The notes under the pieces were generated by a model. That model ran no database searches, was not told where the DNA came from, and saw nothing but the letters and a program-made list of their open reading frames with translations. From a virus (lineage: Duplodnaviria; Caudoviricetes), in IMG/VR virus record IMGVR_UViG_3300012843_000002, positions 1-53,811 of that record: a DNA stretch of 53,811 nt; one strand, 5' to 3'. The translations under genes were made by a program, and so were the position numbers. Each line of letters starts with the position of its first letter. Positions within the stretch are counted from its first letter, which is position 1. Below, one piece after another: positions 19,222 through 29,112 of the stretch.

Positions 19222-19523
19222 GGGTCTTTGCCGCGCGGGTTGTACAGCGCGACCAGGTAGGCATTCAGCTGCGTCGACGCGTCGAGAACGCCGTGCTGCC
19301 AGACTTGCTCTGGCACTGCCTTTGCGGCCTTCTCTTCGAGGCCGGCGCCTGCCACCAGGATGGCGGCGCAACCGTCAACGCTAAGCGACGTGATTGCTTG
19401 AGATGCGCCGCGCAGTCCGCCAAAACGGCTCTCGATCGCCCGCACAGCCTTCAGGGTTGGGGTGAGGGTGAACACCTCATCACCCAGCGTGACGGTAACG
19501 GTACCGTACAGCGTATTGTTCAT
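19194..19523 (-). CDS. Tail assembly chaperone gpG-like
   Basis: 109 aa between tail tube and tape measure genes. Confidence 0.85.
   Translation of the reverse strand: MNNTLYGTVTVTLGDEVFTLTPTLKAVRAIESRFGGLRGASQAITSLSVDGCAAILVAGAGLEEKAAKAVPEQVWQHGVLDASTQLNAYLVALYNPRGKDPGNEQAGTA
19215..19221 (-). other. Programmed -1 frameshift slippery site G GGA AAC
   Basis: XXXYYYZ heptamer in frame near the gpG end; the -1 frame is open to 18943. Confidence 0.85.
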
Positions 19524-19563
19524 GGATCAGGTCCTTTGAGGCCGGGGCCGAAGCCCCGGGCGC

Positions 19564-20067
19564 TTATGGAGTGACAGGGGCCGGCAGCAACTCAAGGATT
19601 TCCGAGTTGATGCCAAAGGTGATGTTGCGGCGCACCACGTTGTCAGCGGCGCCGGCTGCAACGGTGTTGTTCATCACCTTCGCGCGGTAGTAGAACGTGG
19701 TCGGGCTGATTGCAGGAGATGCATCAGGGTCGCCGTCGTTGAGGGTGACCTTGATGTTGTAATCACCCTTGCTGCGATCCTTGTGAGCAGTCTTGACAGC
19801 GTTCTGGCCAGCATCACCGTTATCGAGGCCCACGGCCATGGTCATATCGCCGGCGTCAGCCGTGCCCTTGTACTTGCGCACACGGCCATCCTCGAGCGAC
19901 GTGAAGGTCACGCTGCTGAAGGTGTCGCCGAACTCGCCGAGGTCTTCGATTTCACCAACACTCACGTAGGTATCGGCCTCGTACTCGGTTTTGGTGGTCG
20001 CCCCGGTCTTGCTGCCAATGAAGAGGCGGCAGCCGGCGGCTGTATTGAGGTTGTCTTCTGCGGGCAT
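19564..20067 (-). CDS. Major tail tube protein
   Basis: VGEIEDLGEFGD..RKYKGTADAG; position after the tail terminator. Confidence 0.85.
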   Translation of the reverse strand: MPAEDNLNTAAGCRLFIGSKTGATTKTEYEADTYVSVGEIEDLGEFGDTFSSVTFTSLEDGRVRKYKGTADAGDMTMAVGLDNGDAGQNAVKTAHKDRSKGDYNIKVTLNDGDPDASPAISPTTFYYRAKVMNNTVAAGAADNVVRRNITFGINSEILELLPAPVTP

Positions 20068-20122
20068 GGGTGATCCTCCAAAGCCACGTTGGATAGAAGC
20101 CGCAGCGCGGCCAGTGAGTGAT

Positions 20123-20509
20123 TCAGTGGGTGGTGATCACGCGGACGGTGATCGAGCCCTGGTAGGTGATGCCGTCGGCATCGCGCTGAGCATCGGCCTG
20201 CTCGATCCGGACGGATACCGCGCGGCCCACCTCCAGCGGGAGGCGGCGCTCGTCCAAGGCGGCGATGACCTCCCCGTTGATGCGCTTGACCTCGGCTTGG
20301 CCTACTGCATCGGACCAGATCGACAGGTACAGCAGCCGTGTTTCGCGCTTGCGGCCCGAGATCGGGCTGCTGTTGACTGAGACCTCCCGGTCGATTGAGA
20401 CGTACGGCATTTCGGCGTTCAGCGGCGCGCCGTCGTAGATCGGGCAGCTGACCTCGGCCTGAAGCCTGGCAAAGATGGCCTCCTGCAGGGCCAGTGATGG
20501 ATCAGCCAT
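20123..20509 (-). CDS. Tail terminator (DUF3168-like)
   Basis: LQEAIFARL..IYDGAP..MPYV; gene order. Confidence 0.8.
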   Translation of the reverse strand: MADPSLALQEAIFARLQAEVSCPIYDGAPLNAEMPYVSIDREVSVNSSPISGRKRETRLLYLSIWSDAVGQAEVKRINGEVIAALDERRLPLEVGRAVSVRIEQADAQRDADGITYQGSITVRVITTH

Positions 20510-21002
20510 TGCCTACCCCCAGGCTTGCCTTGCGCAGAGTGCGGCTTACGGCGGCCTTGATGTCAGCCATGACATACTCTCGGTTTACCTGGATTGATGG
20601 GCGCAACCACGGATGGGCCGGCCTGGCCGGGATATCCGGGTACTTGCCGAAGAAGTGGGTGCCGTCGCTTTTGTTGGTTACACGCCTATTGCGATCACCA
20701 GCTCGCTTGCCGCCGGTATAGCCTTTGGTGCCGTACTCAATGAAGCGTAGGTAGAAGAACCGCCGGTTGTCGCGCTTGCCACGAATGCCGATCTGGGCAT
20801 CTAAACCGCTGGGCGAAACGTAAACCCTGAGCGCGGCAGCAGCCGCTCCGGTGTCCTTGGGCATCAACTCTCGCTGAGTCTCCAGGATGCGGTTCGCCGC
20901 CTCCAGCATCGCGGGCTGCAACTCGTTGTCCATCGTCTTGTGGATGTTGCGCAGCGTCCGGCGTAGACGGATGTCGCCTCGAATGCTCGACCGGCGCGCC
21001 AT
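20502..21002 (-). CDS. HK97 gp10-like tail completion protein
   Basis: PKDTG, FYLRFIEYGT, PAHPWLRP. Confidence 0.85.
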   Translation of the reverse strand: MARRSSIRGDIRLRRTLRNIHKTMDNELQPAMLEAANRILETQRELMPKDTGAAAAALRVYVSPSGLDAQIGIRGKRDNRRFFYLRFIEYGTKGYTGGKRAGDRNRRVTNKSDGTHFFGKYPDIPARPAHPWLRPSIQVNREYVMADIKAAVSRTLRKASLGVGNG

Positions 21003-21005
21003 GCC

Positions 21006-21176
21006 CTACTCCTTGGCCGGATCGGCCTTCGCTGGCTTCGCGGCCTTGTCGGTGACCGCCTCGGCGTAGCCCCGGGCAATCAGGCCTTCGCCATAGGCAT
21101 TGTCGACCTCGAACTCTTCGCCCTTCTCACGCTCACCAGATGCGCCCGTCAGCGGGCCCAGTGCTCGAATTTTCAT
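21006..21176 (-). CDS. Small hypothetical phage protein (56 aa, below the ORF-track cutoff)
   Basis: MKIRALGPLTGASGEREKGEEFEV...; GAGGTG RBS; fills the gap in the operon. Confidence 0.7.
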   Translation of the reverse strand: MKIRALGPLTGASGEREKGEEFEVDNAYGEGLIARGYAEAVTDKAAKPAKADPAKE

Positions 21177-21184
21177 GGTTCACC

Positions 21185-21511
21185 TCATGGGTTTGGTACC
21201 GATGAGCAGAGCAGCCTCATCAGGGTGTTCTCGTTGTCCGGCAAAACCGCCTCGACCTGGTAAGTGACCCCGCGGCGTGTCAGACGCGACCCGGCAACTA
21301 TGTCTGAGCGCGGCCTGCCGATGATTTCGGCCGTGACAACAGCGCTCAGCTTTTCAGCAACTGCTGTTACGCGCCCATTAGGGGTGCGGACTTCGCCCCA
21401 CATTTCAGGGCGAACTGCAGGACGCCACGTCACTGTTGCTCCCCCAGACTTATTGCGCTCCTCATGTCGGTGGGTCACCTCGAACAGGTGACGTAGCGGG
21501 CCGGCCCTCAT
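21185..21511 (-). CDS. Head closure / head-tail adaptor
   Basis: MRAGPLRH..W..YQVEAVLPD; ATGA overlap with the connector gene. Confidence 0.85.
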   Translation of the reverse strand: MRAGPLRHLFEVTHRHEERNKSGGATVTWRPAVRPEMWGEVRTPNGRVTAVAEKLSAVVTAEIIGRPRSDIVAGSRLTRRGVTYQVEAVLPDNENTLMRLLCSSVPNP

Positions 21512-21849
21512 ACGCCCCACCCGATACGATGCGGGGTCAGGAGTGCCTCGGAGCCCTTCGGCATCTCAGTGGCAATGGTCCCGGTCACAACATCCTCACG
21601 GTTGGCGTAAAGGTGGCCGAGGATCAGCAACGAAGCGGCCTTGATCTGCTTGTTGCAGACCATTGGAGACTCGCCGGCATCCCCGGCGGCGACAGCCTCA
21701 TCCAGCGCCTGCTGGTCGGCATAGAAACGACGGTTCAGATAGTCCATCGCCTGCCCTTCGGCCGCCTCGATCAGGAGCTCCAGGTAATCGTCATCGTCGT
21801 CGGGGTCCCGCAGGTGATGACGGGCAATGGTCAAACTGATGACCGACAT
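21508..21849 (-). CDS. Head-tail connector (HK97 gp6-like)
   Basis: HLR-D..LILGHLYANRE..LLTPHR. Confidence 0.9.
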   Translation of the reverse strand: MSVISLTIARHHLRDPDDDDDYLELLIEAAEGQAMDYLNRRFYADQQALDEAVAAGDAGESPMVCNKQIKAASLLILGHLYANREDVVTGTIATEMPKGSEALLTPHRIGWGV

Positions 21850-21853
21850 ACCC

Positions 21854-22390
21854 TCACTCCTTCAGTGATTCGAGGGATGCCAGATTCCGCTGCACCAGCT
21901 CTTCAGCGTGCCGGCGCGGCACTGTATACGCCGGGCCGCCGCGACGGCGAAGCTCGCCTTCATCCATGTATGACCGCAGCGGATAGACCTGAAGAGTCGC
22001 AGGATTAAGCTTCACCTGATCCTCTGGTGCCAATGAATCAGCGCCGGTGCTGCTGTCGGCCAAGGATGATGCGGCCTGATTGGCGTCTTCGGATGCCGCA
22101 GCGTCAGCAGCGGCGATGCCAGCGCTGGCACCCTGACCGCCCGTGACGACATCCGACCCAGTGCCAGCGGCCACTTGCGCGTCTGGCAGCACCAGGTTTG
22201 AGCCTTCCGCTTGGCCTGGAGCAACTGCGGGGACACCCGAATTGCCAGGGTCACCGCTAGCTGGACCGATCGCACTGCCAGGCGAAAGAGGCGAACCGGC
22301 AGCCCCAGACGGGCCGCTGCCAGTATCAACGGTCGAGACTGGATCCTTCGCATCAGTCGTGGATGCTGGTGTTTCCTGTTTACGTGCCAT
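21854..22390 (-). CDS. Low-complexity hypothetical protein after the capsid gene
   Basis: Ala/Ser/Gly-rich linker plus a short C-terminal domain; GGAG RBS. Confidence 0.7.
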   Translation of the reverse strand: MARKQETPASTTDAKDPVSTVDTGSGPSGAAGSPLSPGSAIGPASGDPGNSGVPAVAPGQAEGSNLVLPDAQVAAGTGSDVVTGGQGASAGIAAADAAASEDANQAASSLADSSTGADSLAPEDQVKLNPATLQVYPLRSYMDEGELRRRGGPAYTVPRRHAEELVQRNLASLESLKE

Positions 22391-22438
22391 TGGATTACTC
22401 CATTGGGGCGCCATTTCTGGCGCCGCGTTGCGGAAGGG

Positions 22439-23626
22439 TTAAGGCGTGACCAGCGGGCCAGTGACAAACGCTTCGTCGCGATAGATGGCAAAGGCCAGGC
22501 GCTCTTCAGCGCGAATCGTTGCCATGTTTTTCTCGAAGTCATCACCGTTCTCGGTCGAGATCAGCACTTCAATTTCCATGCGGTCGAAGATCTGGGCGCC
22601 GAGCTTGAACGCACCGACGAGGAAGTCGTTCTGTGTCATGGCCTGGGTAGAAACCACAGGGCGATTCCAGAGTTTCGCGTTGGTGCCTTCCTGAGGCTGG
22701 CCGATGATGTAGCGCCCCTCGCCGTCCTTAGTCAGCTCAATGGCCGCCCAATCGATCGGGTTGAGCACGATGCCGTCGGATGGGAACTCGGCCAGTTCGG
22801 CCTGCAACAGCGCCAGGCGCAAACGGTCAATGCGCTGCTCGCCCACTACAGCTACACCAGCCGGGGCGGCGTACAGTTGAGCAACGGTCATGAGGCCCTG
22901 CAGGTTCACGCCAGTGCCGTTGCCGTAAAGCAATTGAGCTTCTTCCGCCATGGTGAGGCCGTAGCGTGCACGACCGTCGATATAGCTCTGCAGTGCCTTG
23001 GCGTCGTCCAGCATCTGGCGGCTGGCTTTGAACAAATGGGCGATGGTCCTCACGTTCGCCGTGGCCAGGCCGAAGGTCAGGTCGGAGTACGGCTTGGCAG
23101 TGTTCTCTGCCACAGTGCGGGCGTTGTTGACGAAGCCGGTTTCACGGACGTACTCGATGGAGTTCGATTCGGTGGTACCTGGCGCGACCAGGTCGCGGAC
23201 GGTCAGTCGGCGCTGAGGCGGGGCAATGATCCCCGGCAAGCGCTGAGTCTGCACCAGGTCACCGCCGGTTGCGGTAGTGATGGCCGCGCGCGGCACGGAG
23301 ACACGGCGGGAACCACGGAAGGACGAGTTCATGTCCTTCATTTCTTCGCTCTCGATCACGAGAGCACCTACCGATTTCTGCGGCTCTTCCTGATGGCTCC
23401 GATCCCGGCTTGCATGCACCAGTTTCTGCTCTGCCTCGCCCAGGCGCGCCTGAAGCTCGCCCTGCTTGGTCAGCAATTCATCGACCTTGGCACGCGTTTC
23501 GGTATTCATTTCACCGGAAGCCTTGATTTGCTTCTCGGTCGCCTCGGCCTGGCTTTTGATCTGATCGCCAATGCCCTTGAGGCTGGCGTTGAGTTCCTTG
23601 ACTTGGGCTTCAAAGTCCATGGTCAC
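22439..23626 (-). CDS. Major capsid protein (HK97 fold)
   Basis: Coiled-coil delta domain, LTVRDL, VAENTAKPYS, LNPIDW, IRAEERL. Confidence 0.95.
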   Translation of the reverse strand: MTMDFEAQVKELNASLKGIGDQIKSQAEATEKQIKASGEMNTETRAKVDELLTKQGELQARLGEAEQKLVHASRDRSHQEEPQKSVGALVIESEEMKDMNSSFRGSRRVSVPRAAITTATGGDLVQTQRLPGIIAPPQRRLTVRDLVAPGTTESNSIEYVRETGFVNNARTVAENTAKPYSDLTFGLATANVRTIAHLFKASRQMLDDAKALQSYIDGRARYGLTMAEEAQLLYGNGTGVNLQGLMTVAQLYAAPAGVAVVGEQRIDRLRLALLQAELAEFPSDGIVLNPIDWAAIELTKDGEGRYIIGQPQEGTNAKLWNRPVVSTQAMTQNDFLVGAFKLGAQIFDRMEIEVLISTENGDDFEKNMATIRAEERLAFAIYRDEAFVTGPLVTP

Positions 23627-24480
23627 TTTCCTTTCAGAGAATTGAGGAGATTGGTTGCCGCGCTCAGAGAGGCGGAGAGGTCTGGCGCGACAGCGCTGGG
23701 CTTATCGGTCGAGGCAGCGTTATGCGTGCCCCCGCCGGGAGCGCGAGGCATGCCGGACTTGAAATTGGCGAACAGTTCGCGGCGCTCGGATCGAGGCATC
23801 CCCCCCTTGGCCAGAGCGACATCCATGGCCTTGAGCGCATTGTTCTGGGCCGCGTCTTCGGTTTCGCGTTCGGTAACTTCGCTGGAAGACAACACCCCAG
23901 TCGCCAGGCCAAGCTCCACAGCGCGCTTACCACGGATATAGGTTTCGTCGTCCATCAGCTCGGCCATGTCCTTCGCCGACTGCCCACTCGTCTCGGCGTA
24001 GAGGTCAGCCATCGCGGCATCGAACTCCTCCATATCGTCGGCGATATCGCGGAGGTAGTTGCGATTGCCGGCGAGCCAGGTCCAGCAGTTGTGGATCATG
24101 AGGAAGGCGCTGCTGGCCACCTCTCGCTTCTTCCCCGCGAGGAAGACAATCGAAGCAGCGCTCGCCGCCATGCCGAGCACCTTGGTGGTGACCTCGTGGC
24201 TGTGTTCTTGTAGGCGGTTGTAAATGGCAATGCCTTCGAACATGTCACCGCCTGGCGAGTTGATGTAGACGGTGACATCACGCTCGCCGATCGCCCGCAA
24301 GGCGGCGTCGATTCGTTTCAGCGTGACGCCCTCGCCATACCAGTCTTCGCCGATCACGCCGTACACGGTGATGGTGTCTGAGGTGTTCTCGACGGCCGCC
24401 TGGATCGCGGGATTCCATTTGTCGAGCGCGCGCGGGCTCATCTCGCTGCGCAGGCCGCGAGACTGGATCTTGTGCTTCAT
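23623..24480 (-). CDS. ClpP-like head maturation protease
   Basis: INSPGGDMFEG, GMAASAAS, MIHN. Confidence 0.92.
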   Translation of the reverse strand: MKHKIQSRGLRSEMSPRALDKWNPAIQAAVENTSDTITVYGVIGEDWYGEGVTLKRIDAALRAIGERDVTVYINSPGGDMFEGIAIYNRLQEHSHEVTTKVLGMAASAASIVFLAGKKREVASSAFLMIHNCWTWLAGNRNYLRDIADDMEEFDAAMADLYAETSGQSAKDMAELMDDETYIRGKRAVELGLATGVLSSSEVTERETEDAAQNNALKAMDVALAKGGMPRSERRELFANFKSGMPRAPGGGTHNAASTDKPSAVAPDLSASLSAATNLLNSLKGK

Positions 24481-24496
24481 GGATTGCTCCCGTGAG

Positions 24497-25801
24497 TTAC
24501 TTTTCGGGCTGTTGGAGCCAGTTCATCAGAGCAGCCCTTGCGGCCTGGCTATCGTTTTGCTTGCCCAACTGGTCAAGTGGAACCAGGTTGGATTGCACGG
24601 TCAGTACATCGCCACCCGGCATGCTCGGAAGATTTTCTTTCCGCCGACCCTCGTTTCGGGTCATGTAGCCGTTCTGCCCCATCGTGCTGAGATAGGCCGC
24701 CCGACCGGCGCTGTCCGCACGCAGGAACGCTTCAAGTGAGTACTCTGCGTAGAACTTGATCCGGTCAACCGCCGTCATGCACCACTTGTTCACGCACTGC
24801 TCGATCGGCGCCGTGAAGGACATGATGCAGTACGTGAGAAACGCGATCTGCTGTTGCTCCAGGCCGGTCCCCCAGTTGCTGCCCTTGTCGGTCTTCATCA
24901 CCATCCAGGGCGGAACGCCGAACCATCGGCAAATTTCCTCGATGCTGTGTCCTCTCGACTCCAGCAGTTGCGCATCGGCAGGGTTGATGCCGATCATCTC
25001 CGGCTTCACGCCCTGCTCAAGTACTGGGCTCTTGCCGGCATTCAATGCCCCGGAGATTGTCTTAACGTACTCACGAAACTCGACGCGCTGAGCCGGGTTG
25101 AGCGTCTTGTCGACCGAAAAAGCGACTGTGGGCATCATGCCGTTGCGGAATGTGCTATTGGCGGCATCGTCTGCCGACATCGCAGAACCGAACACATCCG
25201 CGCCGTACCGAATAGCAGAAAGGCCGACTCGGCCATCCAGAGTGAAGGCTGGGATGTGCAGCATGTCCTGTCGCTGGATCTCTCGGCGGGCTCCCTTTCG
25301 CGGCCTGAAGAAGTATCGCAGCCTGCCGTCATCATCGAACTCGAGGTCGACTCGGGACGGCATCAGGAAGTCCAGCGCAATGACCCGACCTGCGGAGCGG
25401 TGGATCTCGCAGTAGGCGTTGCCCCACAGCAGCATCGATGCCACGACTGCCTGCCAGAAATGGAAGGCAGCCATGTCTTCGTTGGGGCTGTTGTGCACAA
25501 CGTCGTACAGCGGGAAATCGCGGGCGCTTTCACGACTACCATCAGGCATCCGCCGGTAGATGCTCAACGGCAAGCCGGCTACCGAAGTCGAGATGATACG
25601 GACGCATGCCCACACGGTGGACAGGCGCATGGCCTTGTCGACGCTGACTGACTTACCACTACTGGACTGGGCGCCATTAAAGGCACTCCAGAAACCTCCA
25701 TCCGACAGCTTGATAGTCTTGCCCAGCCACTCACTCATGCTGGCTGAAGGCTTGGTGGCAGCAGCGCCCAAAGCCTGGGATAGGGTTTTAATCACTGACA
25801 A
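24497..25801 (-). CDS. Portal protein (HK97 family)
   Basis: VWACVRIIS, LLWGNAY, ICRWFGVPP, MTRNEGRRKENL. Confidence 0.95.
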   Translation of the reverse strand: MSVIKTLSQALGAAATKPSASMSEWLGKTIKLSDGGFWSAFNGAQSSSGKSVSVDKAMRLSTVWACVRIISTSVAGLPLSIYRRMPDGSRESARDFPLYDVVHNSPNEDMAAFHFWQAVVASMLLWGNAYCEIHRSAGRVIALDFLMPSRVDLEFDDDGRLRYFFRPRKGARREIQRQDMLHIPAFTLDGRVGLSAIRYGADVFGSAMSADDAANSTFRNGMMPTVAFSVDKTLNPAQRVEFREYVKTISGALNAGKSPVLEQGVKPEMIGINPADAQLLESRGHSIEEICRWFGVPPWMVMKTDKGSNWGTGLEQQQIAFLTYCIMSFTAPIEQCVNKWCMTAVDRIKFYAEYSLEAFLRADSAGRAAYLSTMGQNGYMTRNEGRRKENLPSMPGGDVLTVQSNLVPLDQLGKQNDSQAARAALMNWLQQPEK

Positions 25802-25949
25802 GCCCTCTGCGAATGAAGCCAGCGATGCAGAAGAAGCTCAGCGATCCAGCCAGCAAAGCCCAGCCGGTACCAGCCAGCATCCAGACCCCGCTGCATGCCA
25901 AGCAGAAAGCGACCACTGCGCAGGCGATGAAAATATGAAATGCGTTCAT
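25788..25949 (-). CDS. Small membrane protein between terminase and portal (53 aa)
   Basis: MNAFHIFIACAVVAFCLACSGVWMLAGTGWALLAGSLSFF...; ATGA overlap with terL. Confidence 0.65.
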   Translation of the reverse strand: MNAFHIFIACAVVAFCLACSGVWMLAGTGWALLAGSLSFFCIAGFIRRGLVSD

Positions 25950-27625
25950 GCGATCAGTGGGTCCCGAATGCCTGCCATGAAATTGTCCATTCCCCCGCGC
26001 CCCTCAGGATTGAGGCTGATCAGAGAAACGGCGTTGAATGTAGCCATCAACGGGTCGATCTTCGCTGTGCCCGAGGCCTGCTTGGTGATCAAGAAGGCAT
26101 TGGCCGATGGCACCCCTTTGGCGTTGCCGCAGGACCAGGCCATGAGCGGCTGACCGCAGTGCAACAGAGAGCCTTCAGCGAGCTTCCGCTCGGTCGTCTT
26201 GATCGCGCCTGTGAGCTTCCAGCCCTGAGAGATGCCGACGATCTTGTCTTCTTCGACCCCAGCATCAGCTAAGGCGTCGAGAACAGAGCCGATTCCCGCT
26301 GGATCGAGACCGACCTTGTCCAGCAGACCTGTCTCGTTGATGCGTTTGACGATGGCAGCGAATTCCTCAACGTCGTCGCCGATCCGCTTGACGAGAGTCA
26401 GGTCACCAATCGCCTCAAGGTCCTTGAGGCGTGGGGCTTCGGACTTTCGCCGCTCTAGCACTGAAGGGTGTGCCCAGGCATGGGCCCAGTGGAACCAGCG
26501 ACGAGTGCCCGCTTCACGCCCAACAACTGCAAGACCAAGCAAGTCGTCCAGGCCGCCGCCATCGCCACCGACGTCGATGACCTCGCATCGATCAAGGATC
26601 TCGTCCAGGCTCAACCAGCTGGCGGCCTGGGGCTCCCAGAATTCGGCACCAACCCAGGCGTCAGACATAAGCGCCAAGCCGATCTCAATGTTGAGGTGCT
26701 TGGCCAGGAAGCCACGCAGCTCCGCCTCTCCGTCGATCTCCGCTTGCATGAACAAGCGCTCAAGCGTTGGACGATCGACCGAGAACCCCATGTTGGGGTT
26801 CACCAGATGGAAGTTCTCCGGCTTGCGAGCATCGCCGCTGTCGATCATCTCCTTGGAGAATTCGTAGATGACGGGCAAGAATCGATTGTCGTCGATGCGG
26901 CCATCACGTACGCCGCGGGCATAGTTCAGCTTCGACCGGAACACACCTGCGGGCGGTTCGTTCGACTGCGTGGTCAGCCAGATGACGAAGCCTTCGGGCC
27001 TCGACAGCAGGCCACCTGTGGCCTCCCGAATCATGTCTGCCGCTTTAGGGTTCTTGCCAAATAGCCAGGCCTCATCGATCAGCACGCCAACGGCCTTCTT
27101 GCCGCCGACCACATCGCTGTCAGCGGCAACCACCTTTAGCGTGGCTCCCGTTTCCCGGTGAGTAATCAGTCGCAGGTGTGGCTGCACATGCAGCAGGTCC
27201 TTCAGCTCCTCGTCGTTATTGACCATGTCCTTGGCCGGCACGAAGGCGTTGTCGGCAATTTCTTTGGTCGGCGCGAGGATGATGAACTCGGCCGACATCC
27301 GCCAATTACGCACCAAGGCCGTCAACATGATTGCGGCAGCGATGGTCGACTTGCTGTTCTTCTTCGGGATGCAAAGCATGAACTCCCGAATCAGGCGTTC
27401 ACCGGTCTCGCTGTTGTAACTGCCAAACACAGCTCCTGCGAAAGCGAGTACCCATGGGGCACATGCGCTCTCAATGGTTGGACTGCCAGGGGCATCGACA
27501 ATACGAAGCCCTTTGAAGACTTCAAGGCTCTCTTCTGCTTCTTGGGGGAAAAGCGGTTCGGGGATGATGGATTCACTGGCGGCCAGACGCCGCCACCAAT
27601 CTGGGCAGGCCGTAGTCCAAAGCAT
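25946..27625 (-). CDS. Terminase large subunit
   Basis: IPKKNSKST Walker A variant, VLIDEAW Walker B, KIDPLMA nuclease motif. Confidence 0.93.
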   Translation of the reverse strand: MLWTTACPDWWRRLAASESIIPEPLFPQEAEESLEVFKGLRIVDAPGSPTIESACAPWVLAFAGAVFGSYNSETGERLIREFMLCIPKKNSKSTIAAAIMLTALVRNWRMSAEFIILAPTKEIADNAFVPAKDMVNNDEELKDLLHVQPHLRLITHRETGATLKVVAADSDVVGGKKAVGVLIDEAWLFGKNPKAADMIREATGGLLSRPEGFVIWLTTQSNEPPAGVFRSKLNYARGVRDGRIDDNRFLPVIYEFSKEMIDSGDARKPENFHLVNPNMGFSVDRPTLERLFMQAEIDGEAELRGFLAKHLNIEIGLALMSDAWVGAEFWEPQAASWLSLDEILDRCEVIDVGGDGGGLDDLLGLAVVGREAGTRRWFHWAHAWAHPSVLERRKSEAPRLKDLEAIGDLTLVKRIGDDVEEFAAIVKRINETGLLDKVGLDPAGIGSVLDALADAGVEEDKIVGISQGWKLTGAIKTTERKLAEGSLLHCGQPLMAWSCGNAKGVPSANAFLITKQASGTAKIDPLMATFNAVSLISLNPEGRGGMDNFMAGIRDPLIA

Positions 27626-27628
27626 GCG

Positions 27629-28129
27629 CTACCCCTTGACGACGGTAAGGGGCGGCTTGCTTTGGGAGTACTTGCCTTTGCCCGCCTCTTTCGCGGCCTC
27701 CGCCTTCTGCTCTTTCTTGCCCGCCTCCGCCTTCTTCCCGTGGATGTAAGGCACGGCGGTCTGCGCAGCATTGCGGCGATCAAAGACCTTCGCCCGGGGC
27801 TCGTTCATTAGTGCGAGCAGCCAGACCAATGGATCATCAGTGGAAGGCAGACAACTGAGGAACTCGCCATCGGCCTCATTGATCTCGACTGGTTCCGCAC
27901 TGGCTTCATCGGCCTTCGCTTTGCCGCGCCGCTTTTTCGGCTCAGGGTTAACACTTAGCTCTGCTCTGCGAGCCAAAATTGCGGATGCGATCTTGGGATC
28001 ATTGGCCCAGCGCGAACCAGCGGCAGCAGCCGTCGAGGGCTTGCTACCCGCGGCTTCCGCCGCTTCTTTGTTGGACGCACCCCGGGCCTTAGCGTCAACA
28101 AACTGTCGCTGTTTGTCTGTTAACACCAT
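27629..28129 (-). CDS. Terminase small subunit
   Basis: LTDKQRQFV HTH-like N-terminus; directly upstream of terL. Confidence 0.85.
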   Translation of the reverse strand: MVLTDKQRQFVDAKARGASNKEAAEAAGSKPSTAAAAGSRWANDPKIASAILARRAELSVNPEPKKRRGKAKADEASAEPVEINEADGEFLSCLPSTDDPLVWLLALMNEPRAKVFDRRNAAQTAVPYIHGKKAEAGKKEQKAEAAKEAGKGKYSQSKPPLTVVKG

Positions 28130-28135
28130 TAACAA

Positions 28136-28286
28136 AAACCTTTAGGGGGGAGAAAAATGTCTACGTGGGGTCGGAGGCGGTCTAGCTAGATGAGAATTCC
28201 TAGCTTTTGACCCCCTACCCCATTAGCGGCACGTCACTGGCGTGCCTCTAGGTCATCGAGCTGGGTTTCGACGATTCGCTGACGCC
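28136..28286. other. Probable cos/packaging region
   Basis: Non-coding gap between HNH and terS with G-runs on the minus strand (GGGGTAGGGGGTCAAAAG), the usual HK97-like cos position. Confidence 0.5.
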
Positions 28287-28625
28287 TCAGCCACCCAGCC
28301 CCGCTGCCTCCTCGGCCTGCTTGACGGAGTCGTGGCAAGGCTTGCAGAGGCTCTGCCAGTTGGTCTGATTCCAGAAGAGAACCATGTCTCCACGGTGAGC
28401 AACAATGTGGTCAACAACCCTGGCCGCAGTTGTGCGGCCGTTCCGCTCGCAGAAGACGCAGAGCGGGTGCTCAGTGAGGTACTGCTCTCGCGCTTTCTGC
28501 CATCGGTAGTCGTAGCCACGCTGGGAGCTGGTCATGCCGCTACGCCAGCTGCCAGGCGTGACCACCTTGACCCGCGAACTTGCGCTCTCTCTGATGCGCG
28601 ATCCGAGCGTCTTGAGCCTGGCCAT
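28287..28625 (-). CDS. HNH endonuclease (HK97 gp74-like)
   Basis: PLCVFC..VVDHIVAH..NWQSLCKPCH. Confidence 0.92.
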   Translation of the reverse strand: MARLKTLGSRIRESASSRVKVVTPGSWRSGMTSSQRGYDYRWQKAREQYLTEHPLCVFCERNGRTTAARVVDHIVAHRGDMVLFWNQTNWQSLCKPCHDSVKQAEEAAGLGG

Positions 28626-28783
28626 CAGCGCACCTCGACCACAATACCGCCCTCTATCCATCGAAAGACGCGACCCGTGTCCGGCTCGCGGCCGGTTATG
28701 TGGGACATGACAACGACGCCGGCAAGGTAGTAATTCAGCAACTAGGTCTGGCGGCAGTCGATCGTTGCGGTGATGCGAGTCAT
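28625..28783 (-). pseudogene. 52-codon phage gene interrupted by in-frame TAG (28742-28744)
   Basis: Start overlaps the upstream stop (ATGA) and stop overlaps the HNH start (TGATG), both in one frame, with one internal TAG. Confidence 0.65.
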
Positions 28784-29112
28784 GGCCATGCCTCCGATTG
28801 GGTTCGGCTCAAGGCCTCATCAGCCTTGTCTGCCGCCTGGGTTGCGGTGGTTGCAGCCTTCGAGGCCTTGGTAGCAGCGCTCTCGGTCTTGCTGGTCAGG
28901 TCGTCCAGGCGCTTGTCACGCTCGGCCATGGCGGTGTCATAGGCTGCACGGATCTCGGCAACCTGGCCGGCCTGAGTACTGACCATGGCCCAATAGGCCG
29001 ATTGCCAACCCAAGACTGCACCGCCGGCGACCAGCAGAGCTGCGATGATCCAGACCTCTGCCCGACGCCACCAGCGGCGAGCAATGAACTCCAGTGCGCA
29101 TCTGTCCATCAC
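28780..29112 (-). CDS. Membrane-anchored coiled-coil protein next to the holin-like gene
   Basis: Single TM segment followed by coiled coil. Confidence 0.7.
   Translation of the reverse strand: MMDRCALEFIARRWWRRAEVWIIAALLVAGGAVLGWQSAYWAMVSTQAGQVAEIRAAYDTAMAERDKRLDDLTSKTESAATKASKAATTATQAADKADEALSRTQSEAWP

Noticed and set aside
22211-23941. 576-aa + strand ORF, and similar long ORFs at 16476..17855, 24854..25651, 31752..32567 and 51602..52450
   Set aside because: Antisense shadows of well-supported genes in GC-rich DNA, with no recognisable motifs.
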